Positions 53,001-64,000 of a stretch of DNA of 64,000 nt are shown here, one piece after another. Under the pieces are notes generated by a model. It searched no databases, was not told the origin of the DNA, and saw only the letters and a program-made list of their open reading frames with translations. The number at the start of each line of letters is the position of its first letter. Position 1 is the stretch's first letter. Source of the stretch: Azolla caroliniana (lineage: Eukaryota > Plantae > Polypodiophyta); assembly GCA_043228905.1 (NCBI GenBank), contig JBHGNT010000006.1, forward strand, positions 7,254,001-7,318,000, given 5' to 3'. The position numbers were made by a program, and so were the translations under genes.

Positions 53001-54340
53001 TGGTGTGTACCCGACCGGATTTAGGATACGTAGTCAGAGTGGTGAGCCGGTTTATGAGCAATCCCGGCAAGGAGCACTGGAACACGGTCAAATGGATACT
53101 CCGGTATTTGAAGGGCACTTCAAATATGTGTCTCCGATTCGGCTCCGGAAAACCTCAACTTGACGGTTTCACCGATTCGGACATGTCGGTTGATGTGGAT
53201 ACCAACCGGTCTACATCCGGGTATGTAATGACATATACAGGGGGAGCTGTTTCGTGGCAATCGAGGCTGTAGAAGACGGTTGCATTGTCAACCACGGAGG
53301 CGGAGTACATGGCGGCTGTTGAAGCCGGCAAGGAAATATTATGGATGAAGGACTTCATCGGAGAGCTCAGTATCCGGCAAGATGAATACCGACTCTATTG
53401 CGACAGTCAAAGTGCCATCCACCTTGCTAAGAATGCGGCCTACCATTCCTGGACGAAGCATATCCAGCGAAGATATCACTGGATCCGGGAAAGAGTAGAT
53501 GACTAGGAGTTCGCACTGACGAAGATCCACACGGTCGAGAACGGGTCAGATATGCTGACCAAAGTGTTGATACCCCATGCTGGAAGAGGATCGGACTAGT
53601 AAGACACCCCATGACGGAAGAGGATGCATGAAGGAAGAGGATCGGACTAGTAAGACACCCCATGCCGGAGTGAAGGGGGAGTTTGTTGGGAGACAGGTCC
53701 CTCCGAATGGGAAGGGAGAAGAACAGTGCTGATGAACAAACTCGGCCGAGGCCGAAATCGGATGACGAGTACAAGGCTACGGAGAACCGGATGGTGCAGA
53801 CCCGGTGAGAACCGGATGAGGAGTACCCGGCTACGGAGAGCCGGATGGTGCAGACCCGGTGAGGAGTGCTCACCGGATGAAGAGACATATTCGTAAATAT
53901 GTTTCTGAGAGTCCATCATGGCTATATTGGTAAATAGCCGAAAAGTCATATTAGTATAAATATGACTTAGGGCAAACTTTTAGTGTGTATGTTATTCTTG
54001 TTGGTGCAAGAAGAGAGAGAGAGAGCGCGTAACTGTGTATAGAGAGAGAGAGAGAGAGAGAGAGAAAGAGGTTGTTGCCTCTGTTGAAACCGCCGCCTAT
54101 GGCGAAGATCGTGAGCACGAGGTCGTTGCCTCTGTGAACTCACTGTTGTACATTCTAACATAGTGATAGTTTGCAGCCTGTGGGCTGCCGTTGGTTTTTC
54201 CCTAGTTTGGGGTTTTCCACGTAAACATCATGTGTACTCTTCTCTTCTTTGTGTCGTGTATTTATTTCCCGTTTTCTGTGTATGATTCTAAGCTCGGTTG
54301 TGGCCGAGCGTTGCGTATAGGGAGCGTGTAGTTCCTGTCA
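50036..54340 (+). mobile_element. Element I: 5'-truncated Ty1/copia of the same family as H
   Basis: Starts mid-gag (PDSWETLVVTL). PR-IN-RT-RH to ~53670 with multiple stops, PPT GAAGGGGGAG, 3' LTR ~53684-54340. Confidence 0.92.
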
Positions 54341-55160
54341 ACGTGCTCGCATCCGGTTATACTCAGGGAACCGTACATCACGGCGGCACGGATGGAGACA
54401 AAGGTGTTGGACAACGGTTTGGCATATGCACGAGTTAAGAGTTATGATGGGCGTCACTCGGTCTAGTTCTTGACGGTGCGACCGAACCATGAGCGTAACC
54501 GCGAGACCCTCGGTGGCGAAAACCGAGGGGATTTTTAGAAAGGGCTATCAAGGCGTGGGGCCGTGATAGTCCGGACACCCCGGAAAAACCCCATAGATGT
54601 AATATAGGCAAAAAGACATGCACCATAGGTAGGAAATTTTGGTTCTTCGATAGCGGAGGTTGTACGATAGCCGGCGTAGTTGGACGGGAAAAGAAGCGGG
54701 TGGAGGAGCGACTTCGGGCATGCGGAGTCCTCGGCCCTGAAGAGGAAATCAACGGAGCCGTGGAGGCGGTCTCTTTCGACGACACCTTGGGGAAGTTACG
54801 GGAGGTGTTCGGAGAAGGCCTTAATGAGGATCAGACGATTCCGGTATGTTCGGAAAGGATGTACGAAGTCATCGCCGACTTCGGTAATGGACTCGAGTCA
54901 GATCGGACGGCCCGAGTGGATATGAAGTACAAGACTGTGGACCAGAAGGTGAGGCCAGTCGCGGCACCCTTGCCGGAGGGTAGTGAGTTACGGATAAAGG
55001 GGGTTGCATCGGACCCAAGTTTACGAGATTCGGCCAGCATTGGACACACGTTCACCGACATAACGCTACGGGAGCTCAAGATCGGTGGGGGTGGCTTTCT
55101 ACTCCCGGCGGAAGAGGACCGGTTTCGGAGAATGCTCGGGAGGCACGGGAAGGCTTTTGC

Positions 55161-56757
55161 AAATTATCTACAATGTGGTTATGGAATCAATATAAGTCAT
55201 ATCTGCCCTTCAAGACAATGTATAACCTTGTATATTTATTACGATATATATTTTCGTTGTTGAATAGCCCTTACTAGAATAGATTTCTGAATATAGGACT
55301 ACCATGTACACTGAATGCATGATTGATATTTATAGTTCACCACAAATCGCCTGCTAGATAATTTCTTCATCTACTTATTTGTATTTTAATATACAACCTT
55401 AATCTACGTGACCACCTAACTTATGTTTTCGCATGTCCTTTCTTAAATAGGTCGTTTGAGAACTTGTCGGACTGACCTGTCAAGAAGATAAAGCTCCGCA
55501 TACATGGTTCTCCAATTGAATCACAGACCTTAGTAGCTCCCGAGTCCATGAAGAGAGGAAAAAAACTTCTCTTCAACGAGGAGTCAAAATCTCAACCACA
55601 CATTGAGGTTAGCCAAAAGAAACTTGTAGCAGCTACTGGAGGTGAAGACCTTCCTGACCGTGATCTAACGGACAAGGAATGGTGTATGCAATACGTTGAC
55701 TCAAAGAAAAAAGTCGTATTGTATACAACAAAGAAGAAGGGGACAGGGGCAGCTTGGAAAGGAAACCCCATTTATGTATGGCCGTATTCTACGATTTGAC
55801 TACGAAGATGCAGATTCGGCCAACATACTTGTAATGATAGAGTGCTCTAAGGGGGTACGTAAAGTGTTCCTTTCATAAGATCTTCTAGTAAAGGAATCTT
55901 GTGGGCCAGAAGCGTTCAAAAAAGATCTTGAAAGCTCACAAAACCTTATTGTTACCTTGAGGCCTTATATACAAGGCCATGTAACTCTAAGGGAGGAAGT
56001 GCCCTCCCCAGTGAAGGCCACAAAAAGGGTATCTAAAGTACAATCAAGACCACCAAAGAAGACAACCAAAATGTCGGACTCTGATTCATCAAGTGAAAAC
56101 GAAGAGGACGCTAAGGGGACGCCAGGAGCTGAGCTGGCATCGGATGTATTGTCATCCGAGCAGAATAAGATAAGGAGAGAGTTAATGTAGCGTAAACTGG
56201 TCAAGAAAGGGCAAGTGTTTAATTTGCCTATAACACACATCCATCGGCCCCCTATTGATGTAAAAATAGGATGAAGACCACTTGAGATTAGAGAGCCACA
56301 CCGCATGCATGTTCAAAATCTCAAGAAAAAAATGAAAATTAATCCTCATGCCATTGTGGTGCCTTTTATTGTTATGGTAGATCCTGAAGAAAGTGAAACC
56401 ATTGAAGATTTTGATATTAGAAAGCATGATCAATATAATTACTTTGTCATTGGTGGATCACATTCAGCGGAGGCACGTCGACAACTTGTGAGAGAACATC
56501 CAACGACTTTCTTCTTCAAGTATGCCGAGTGCAAAATTTACGTGGGGCTTACAACTGAAGAGGCAAAGCTGTTGGCATGGGACCATAATAATGATAATGA
56601 CTATAGGCAGAAAATGTCGTCGATTGAGCGTATAAGGTTCTTCCACCATGAGTATTTGGACGTGAAACAAAAGTTTGTTGTGAAGCTACATCCAGGTCTA
56701 CGACGTCAATGTCTGCATGAAGTCAGTATTGTGGTAGATGATAATGTTAAGTCCGAT
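55161..56757 (+). pseudogene. Insertion J: intron-containing gene fragment encoding a ParB/sulfiredoxin-like domain
   Basis: AT-rich block that splits F's pol exactly (GCTTTTGC|GTTCTCACC) without a TSD. Exon 55161-55219, GT-AG intron 55220-55450, exon 55451-56757. C-terminal part reads IREP...HVQNLKKKM...PFIVMVD...YFVIGGSHSAEARRQL...IYVGLTTEEAKLLAWDHN. Confidence 0.7.
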
Positions 56758-58565
56758 GTTCTCACCGGACGAGATCAGGTGTGTAGACCCGACAGTTGTG
56801 GAACCAATGGTGATCTTCACGGAACCGCATGTGTCGTGGAATCTCAAACCGATTCCGGTACCCAGAGCTCACATCCCGAAGCTGATGGAGCTGCTAAAAC
56901 AGAAGGTGGAGATGGGCATCCTCGAACCGTTGAGTGACCCATACTCGAATTGATGGTTTACCGCGCCAAAGAAGAACGGCATGTTGCGCTTTATTCAAGA
57001 CCTGCGGCCGGTCAACAAGGTGACCATTCGGAACGCAGGAATCAGACCGACCATAGACGAGTTCGCGGAGGCCTTCGCCAGAAGGTCAATCTACTCAGTC
57101 GGTGATTTGTACTCGGGGTACAATCAGTTCCAACTAGCCGTGAAGAGCAGGGACATTACGACGATGCGGACTCCTCTCAGCCTAGTGCGGATGTGTACCC
57201 TCCCACAAGGAGGGACGAACTCGGTAGCCCACATGGTGAACACAATGAACAAAGTGCTGAGGGATTGCATCCCAGGCATCACCATGCCATTCTTAGACGA
57301 CATCCCAATCAAAGGATGCCCGGTGGAGGAAAAGGACGAGACAATCGGACCGGACGGATGTTGGAAATTCGTGGCGGCTCACGTCAAGGACTGCGAGAAG
57401 GTATTGCAAAGACTAGAAGGAGCGAGGCTCACCTTCTCCGAGGAAAAATCGGCCTTTGGGCAATCGGAGATCATGGTCGTCGGACACCTATGCGGGCCAT
57501 ACGGTCGGAAACCGTCTCCGGCCAAGGTGGAGGCCATGTCCGCGATGAAGCAAGACTGCAATTCGGTTACGGAGGTTCGGAGAGTCCTGGGAGCATGTGC
57601 GTTCTACCATATTTGGATCCCGCATTACGCCCACGTCGCCGAGCCGCTCTATGCTGAAGAAAGGGCGTAAATTCGAGTGGAGAAACGAGCATACAGAGCC
57701 GGTCCGGAAGATGAAAGAAGCACTTGCCGTGGCACCTGCGCTCCGAAAGGCTGTCTACGGCAAAGACACTCCGATTTACGTGACTGTGGACACGAGTCCG
57801 ACTGGGATCGGATGGGTGATCAACCAAGAGGAGGATGATGGCGCGAGGTTCCCCATCCGGTTCGGCACGAAAGTCCTCAGTGAGCGACAACAAGGATATG
57901 CCCAGGTTAAACGCAAACTCTGGGGTATCGTTTCAACGGTCAAGGCCGATAAAGACTACCTGATCGGGACAGAGGTGATAATCGAGACGGACTGCCTGCC
58001 GATTCTCAGCATGGTTTCCAGATGCGCGACGTCGGACCTGGCAATGCTCAGGTGGATAGCGTACATCAAGTCCCTGAATCCGGAACTACGACACATTTTC
58101 GAAAAAGACAATGCCATGGCCGACATGCTTTCGAGAGCGAGGTTCGATGACGAGGACGACATGGTTTCGGAGGACAAGGAAGTCGGCATGGACTTCTTCG
58201 AGACGGCTTACATAACAACAAGAAAGGGGAGCACTCCGGCACTTAACGAATTCGACGAGAGCAAGTACGACGGGGAGTGGCTCCAGATCGTCGGGATCCT
58301 GAAGACAATGACACCGAACGCGGCGTGGACGAAGGAAGAGACCAACTGGATTCGGAAGAAAGCATACCGATTCTTCCTACGGGACGGGAGCATATGGAAG
58401 CACCCGAAGAAGAGAAATGACATCTTGCTTTGAGTGGTGGCGAGGAAAGAGGAACAGGAAGAATTGTTGACGACATACCACGAGAGTCCCTGGGCCGGAC
58501 ACCGCGGGACGTGGGCCACATTCGAGAAGCTAAAGGGGAAGTACTGGTGGCCGGGACTATACCGG

Positions 58566-60438
58566 TGTCGCGAAGTTTCGCGTTCGCGTGTAAGAAGAGG
58601 TGGGACTACGGGGGTCTTGGACCAAGGAGAGAGTGAGAGAGAGAGAGAGATAGGCAGAAAAAAAATAAGAGCAAGAAACAGGAATCCGATTACTATAATT
58701 AGTAGCTTACAACTCGAACAGTAACAACCGGCCAACCGGCGATGGACCTGACACGGGGTCCTACTCACGCAGACAAATGACGCGACTTGACTTGAAGAAA
58801 CAACAAAAGGGGGGGGGGGGGGGGGGGGGAGAGAGCCTCTGCTGGAAGCACACAGGCTGTCCATGAAGAAGAGGCAGCTCACTCCCGACACCCACAGAGA
58901 ACAACGATTGGAGGAGAGAGAGCTCGGCCTTCGGTTCTGCATCAGCACTTCGTCCTCGCCAACGCGCGATACCTTTTCTTCCTTCTCTCCCTCCTTAAAA
59001 TAGTTCTCAAAGGGGAGACCCTTCTTCCCTAGTCCAATCGCTTTATTCCCTGCCCCTTCCGACAGAGATACGCACAAATCCCTTAATAAATGTGTACTAC
59101 CTAGTATTTACATCAACCGACCTAATTACGAATTATGTACAAAATATCAATTCTTGCGTCCACCCGTGTAAGAGCCGGTTCATGCGCCTTTTTCTCCGAT
59201 TCCGCCCATGGCCGGTTTTCTTCACGACATCCACCCCCACCAAACCACGCATCCACCGGCATGCGCCAGAGACGGGTAGATATCGAAGAAAACCGGCTTC
59301 ACTCATCACTCTCCAATTCTTCGTCGGGCCCGAACAGATCGTCATCGTCACTCTCACTCGCCGGCTCCGGCTCGTCTTCGAACCGCTTCTTGAACGCTTT
59401 GATTGGCTTTCCGGCCACCAGTACCGCTAACCGTGTCCCGTCGAGTTCCGCTAGATGGTACGTGCCGTTGTCATTCGCGCTCGTCACCATGTAGGGCCCG
59501 AACTATCTCCTCGCAAACTTTCGTACCGCCTTGTGCTGATTGTCGAGGCTGATGTCGTATACCAAGACCCAGTCGCCTTCCTCGACCTTCCTTGGTCGCA
59601 ACTGGTGCGTCCGGTTGAACCGGGCCTTGTTTCGCTCCCTTGCCGCCCGCAACTTTTCCTTCGCCCGTTTCATGTCCTCCGGCCTCCGTTCGGGTTGCCG
59701 AATCCGCGCCGCCAGCAACTCCTCCTGACTCATCTTGTCCTTCCAGTCTACTGCAGCCCACGAAGAAACCGTCCGTTCCACCGGCATGATCGGCTTTTGT
59801 CCATACATCAGCTCTGTCGGCATAAACCCTGTCACCGAATTGTGCGTAGTTCGGTCCGCCCATAGTGCGTAAGGAAGGAGCCGCGGTCAATTCCCGACCT
59901 GCCCTCCGCATGCACGCACCAACGCCTTTACGATCGGCCCATGCCCACGTTCTACCTTCCCGTTCACCTCCGGATTGTACGTCGTAGTGAGGGAGAGTTT
60001 GACCCCTAGCCGATCGAAGAACTCCTCAGCTTCCTGCGCATCCAGCTCTCCCCGGTCCGCCACGATCTTCACGACGCACCCATACCGACACACTACCTCT
60101 TCGATCAGGAAATGGACTACGGAGTGCATCTGACAGCTTTCGCAAGTCGTTACGAACCGATGCACGTCCGGTACAACCCCAGCCACCAGTACTTCTCCTT
60201 GAGCTTCTCGAATGTGGCCCACGTTCCGTGGTGCCCGGCCCAAGGATTCTCATGAAATACCGCCAGTAGTTCCTCTTGTTCTTCTTTCTTTGCCACTACT
60301 TGGAACGGGATGCCGTTTCTTTTCTTTGGGTGCCTCCATTTGCACCCATCCCGTAGGAAGAATCGGTACGCCTTCTTCCGTACCCGGCTCGCCTCTTCTC
60401 TCGTCCACGCTGCGTCTGGCATCATCGCATGTAGAAAC
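58566..60438 (-). mobile_element. Element G: 3' part (integrase plus 3' LTR) of another B-lineage gypsy, inserted in F
   Basis: 3' LTR 58566-59229 (TGTCG...CGACA). Integrase 59299-60438 is homologous to B, with an internal deletion. Cut by L. Confidence 0.9.
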
Positions 60439-60870
60439 TGTCATGGCAAGACTCGAACCCATGACTTTATGCTACATGGGTCGAGCTCTTACCATTAGAT
60501 TATGAATTGTATTTTGTAGGATATTATTTCCATTTATACTTTATCATAGAAAATTGATGTATATTCCAGATCTCTCTGGAACATTCTAGAAGCTTCAGGA
60601 TTATTCCTAAAAACACTATAAAAGGAGGCACAAGGCATTGTTTTGAACCAAATTGGTTCAACACCAGTCTTAAGCCTCTTAGTCGATTTGTACTTATCTT
60701 TCATATAATATAAGAGCTGCTGTCATCATTCTATTTCCCTCTCTCTCCTCTTCTCACTTCCTCTCTCTCGGGAATCTTACGCAGTCCCGTCCTCTTAGTA
60801 CTAATAGTACTACTCTTAGTACTCTTCTTAGTACTAATTCCATCTCTGTTTTAGTACTATTCCTGACAGT

Positions 60871-60882
60871 TTGAACCAATTT
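60871..60882 (+). promoter_or_regulatory. Self-priming (Tf1-type) primer-binding site
   Basis: TTGAACCAATTT is the exact complement of AAATTGGTTCAA (60650-60661), about 33 nt after the TATA box. No TGG-type tRNA PBS is present. Confidence 0.8.
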
Positions 60883-60937
60883 TTTCCTCTAGCCTACTTG
60901 TCACTCTCCCTCATCCTCCTACCCTTTTCCCTATACT

Positions 60938-62095
60938 ATGGCTACTGTTAGCGCCCAAGAATACCAATCCGTTTTCTCCGAGCTACAGTGCCTAAAAGAA
61001 AAATTTGTTGCCCTGGAACAAGAAAACCAACGGCTGATAGGGGATCTGCAACAAATCGCTCTAGAAAAACAACAAACGCAACAACAACATGGGGAGTTAG
61101 CGTTACGGGTACAACAACTCGAAGCAGCGTTGCAACAACAAGGATCCAGTCCCCAAGGATTTCATAAAGAGCCCAAGATTGGACTTCCTGTGAAATTTGA
61201 TGGAACGCGTTCGCAATTCAGGGGATTCCTTAATCAGGTACGCTTAGTCATCCAGATGCATCCTTCCCGATATCCCACTGATGCATCTCGAGTCGGCCTA
61301 ATAGGCACGCTACTTAGCGGCTCAGCCTTGGCATGGTTTGCTCCGCTTCTAGAAAAACAATCACCCTTACTTAATAACTTTGAAGATTTTATTGGTGAGT
61401 TTAAAGCCTGCTTTGGAGACACCGACAGCATCAGGACGGCGATCAACAAGATCCGGCGATTGCGTCAAGGCGATCGTCCAGCCTCTGCCTACGCGTCGGA
61501 TTTCCGCCTACTTGCTTCAGATATACCCTGGGATGATCAAGCACTAATGGAGCAGTTTCGCTATGGCTTGCGAAACGATGTCAAAGATCTACTTCTAACT
61601 TTCCCCGAAGAACCAAAGTCTCTTACGGAGGCAATCAGTCGAGCAGTTCGATGTGACAACCGCCTTTTTGAACGGCGTTCAGAACGTCAATTACAGATAC
61701 CACGCTCTAGGCCAGAGCCCACTTACGCCGCAGTCGCGGCTAAACCGTTTGCACGAGACACACCTCAAGCAAATACTTCGACACCGATGGAGATCGATAC
61801 CATGCGTCGACGCGGCCCGTTATCGGAAGAAGAAAAGCAACGACGACGTGCCAATCGATTATGTCTTTATTGCGGTGGACCAGGACATATCGCCATCAAT
61901 TGTCCCCATAGGCCAAGAAGACAGGTAAATCAAATCGTCGCTTGTACTAAACCCGAGTCAATTCTTCCCTTTGGAGTGTCTGATAGTATTAATAGTACTA
62001 ATAGAGTGTCAGATAGTATTCATAGTACTAATAGCCCAAGTATCTCAAATAAATTTGAAATCCTTAGTCAATTAGATGAAGAGTTAAACGATTGA
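60938..62095 (+). CDS. gag: Gag of element L
   Basis: PVKFDGTRSQFRGF, LRQG...YASDF, PMEID and CLYCGGPGHIAINC. Confidence 0.95.
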   Translation: MATVSAQEYQSVFSELQCLKEKFVALEQENQRLIGDLQQIALEKQQTQQQHGELALRVQQLEAALQQQGSSPQGFHKEPKIGLPVKFDGTRSQFRGFLNQVRLVIQMHPSRYPTDASRVGLIGTLLSGSALAWFAPLLEKQSPLLNNFEDFIGEFKACFGDTDSIRTAINKIRRLRQGDRPASAYASDFRLLASDIPWDDQALMEQFRYGLRNDVKDLLLTFPEEPKSLTEAISRAVRCDNRLFERRSERQLQIPRSRPEPTYAAVAAKPFARDTPQANTSTPMEIDTMRRRGPLSEEEKQRRRANRLCLYCGGPGHIAINCPHRPRRQVNQIVACTKPESILPFGVSDSINSTNRVSDSIHSTNSPSISNKFEILSQLDEELND

Positions 62096-64000
62096 GTCCA
62101 GCCAAAATAGGAGCCATTTGGTTGGACAACAGCCCTAGATCTGTACAGCCCATTAGTGGTTCCATTCCTTCCAAGCAAGTTAGCAATGTGTTCCTAGCCC
62201 AAGTCATCGTTAGTACTAAAAGTACTCCCCCAGTACCCGTCCTAGCACTTTTAGATTCCGGAGCTAATTCCTGTTTCATGGATCGAAATTTTGCCCAAGC
62301 TTCTCAGATATCCTTAAGAAAACTTCCTTGTCCCGCATCTGTAGTGGTCATTGATGGTCGTCCCATTGCTTCCGGGAATATTGTAGAAGAATCAGAACCC
62401 ATTCAAGTTGTCCTAGGTAGTTTTGTGTGTATAATATCATTTAATATAATTAGTAGTCCAGAGCATCCCATTGTCCTAGGATTACCTTGGCTTGAATTAC
62501 ATAATCCAGCCATAGATTGGAGAACAAGAGAAGTCCGATATCGACCACCCCAAGAATCAACTCACCGAGTTTCGACCATTTCACTCCATCAACTACGCGA
62601 AGAAGGACCCAAAGAGGCAATGTTCCTATTTGCCATATCAGTACATCCTTCTAGCACTATTAAGAAGGACTCCTCAATACAACTTCCGGCAAAATATCAT
62701 CCTTATGCCGATGTATTTGACAAGGTAAAAGCCGGTACCCTTCCTCATCACCGTCCCTATGACTGTCCCATCGATTTACAACCAGGAACCGAGCCACCAT
62801 GGGGACCAATTTACAACTTGTCACCCACCGAGTTAGAAGTCCTTCGAGCCTACATAGAGGAGAACTTGGCAAGCGGGTTCATCCGTCATTCGAAATCTCC
62901 GGCCGGTGCACCCATCTTCTTTGTCAAGAAGAAAGATGGCTCACTTCGTCTTGTCGTTGATTACCGCGGATTGAATAAAGTCACCATCCGGAATAGGTAT
63001 GCACTTCCTCTTATATCAAGTCTTTTAGAGCGAGTTAATGGTGCCAAGTTTTTTACTAAAATCGACCTACGAGGAGCGTATAATCTCGTGCGGATCCGAC
63101 CGGGAGATGAGTGGAAGACCGCTTTTCGCACGCGGTATGGGCATTTCGAGTATACTGTTATGCCGTTTGGCCTAACCAATGCACCCGCAGTCTTCCAACA
63201 CATGGCAAATGATATATTCAGAGACCTCTTGGATATCTGTTTGATCATTTATCTGGATGATCTGTTGATTTATTCGAAGACCCAGGAAGAGCACGATTCT
63301 CATGTACTATTAGTACTAAAGCGACTCCGCGAGAATGGTCTTTATGCCAAGCTAGAGAAATGTAGCTTTGACTGCAAGCAAGTGGAATTTCTAGGCTACG
63401 TCATCTCCTCAAAGGGCATCGCCATGGATCCAGCTAAAATCCAAACTGTACTAGAGTGGCAAATTCCACGGTCGGTACGAGATGTACAATGTTTTCTAGG
63501 CTTTGCTAACTTCTACCGTAAGTTTATACAGGATTACTCGAAGATTATTTTACCTCTCACACAACTTACGAAGAAGGGCCAAGCATTTCTTTGGTCCATC
63601 GAAGCAGATATGGCTTTTCGGCATCTTAAGAAAGCCTTTACATCAGCACCGATTCTAGCTCATGTGGATACAAGCAAACCATTCATCATGGAGGCCGACG
63701 CATCAGATTTCGCCCTCGGTAGCATCCTTTCTCAACAAGGCGATAAAGAAGAGTTGCATCCGGTGGCTTTCCATTCGCGCAAATTCAATGTCGCAGAAAT
63801 CAACTACGAAATACATGACAAGGAGTTATTAGCCATCGTGGATTCATTTGTACAATGGCGGCATTTCTTAGAGGGCTCTCCACATCAGGTCATTGTCTTT
63901 AGCGATCATAAAAATCTTGCTTATTTTCAGAACGCTCGCGTACTAAATCGACGGCAAGCTCGGTGGGCGCAATTCCTCACGTGTTTCAACTTCGAAATCA
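62080..64000 (+). CDS. pol: Pol (protease-RT-RNase H, partial) of element L, -1 frame relative to gag
   Basis: Appears open to the window end, which is why it is absent from the ORF track. ALLDSGAN, VLGLPWL, VVDYRGLN, MPFGLTNAP, YLDD, EADASDFALG and YEIHDKELLAI. Confidence 0.95.
62083..62137 (+). promoter_or_regulatory. -1 programmed ribosomal frameshift signal (G_TTA_AAC plus predicted pseudoknot)
   Basis: The heptamer lies in the 16-nt gag/pol overlap, followed by a 6-nt spacer and an 11-bp stem (62096-62106/62117-62127). Confidence 0.85.

Larger units (their letters stand above)
48145..58565 (+). mobile_element. Element F: degenerate gypsy of the B lineage, interrupted by I, J and G
   Basis: 5' LTR 48145-48791, Trp PBS 48796-48812, gag 48836-50035, protease end and pol start 54341-55160, RT-RH-IN 56758-58565. 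Collinear with B. Confidence 0.92.
60439..64000 (+). mobile_element. Element L: Tcn1/Tf1-sushi-type Ty3/gypsy (chromovirus lineage), apparently intact, runs off the window
   Basis: 5' LTR 60439-60868 (TGTCA...TGACA), TATA at 60617, uninterrupted gag and pol. Confidence 0.92.

Noticed and set aside
56305-56937. 210-aa ORF as a real ParB-RT fusion protein
   Set aside because: After 56757 it reads F's pol out of frame, so it is a junction artefact. The same applies to the chimeric ORFs at 30446-31255, 54700-55263 and 58208-59077.
58809-58829. Poly-G run as a G-quadruplex element
   Set aside because: A single homopolymer in one LTR copy whose length is prone to slippage or sequencing error.

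Overview
Eukaryotic plant nuclear DNA, most likely from a fern or another non-seed plant (inferred from the long PLS-class PPR gene and the Tcn1-like and fungal-type Ty3/gypsy elements). The AT-rich left third carries two host genes. One is an 8-exon beta-carbonic anhydrase on the minus strand. The other is a 2-exon PLS-E PPR gene on the plus strand whose N-terminus, missed by the ORF track, resembles an OSB-type 'PDF' ssDNA-binding motif. The rest of the window is two deep nests of LTR retrotransposons. Nest 1 (22198-45499) is a minus-strand gypsy host A containing gypsy B, solo LTR E and non-autonomous C, which itself contains solo LTR D and copia H. Nest 2 (47004-64000) is LTR K containing gypsy F, which contains copia I, a captured intron-containing ParB-like gene fragment J, and gypsy G; G is interrupted by an apparently intact Tcn1/Tf1-type element L. 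Main leads: (1) the PDF-PPR fusion; (2) the ParB/Srx-like gene fragment; (3) tRNA-like Pol III A/B-box modules built into the LTRs of several families; (4) a gypsy lineage that inserts at CG-centred 4-bp sites; (5) -1 frameshift and self-priming signals. All calls were made by eye, without database searches.
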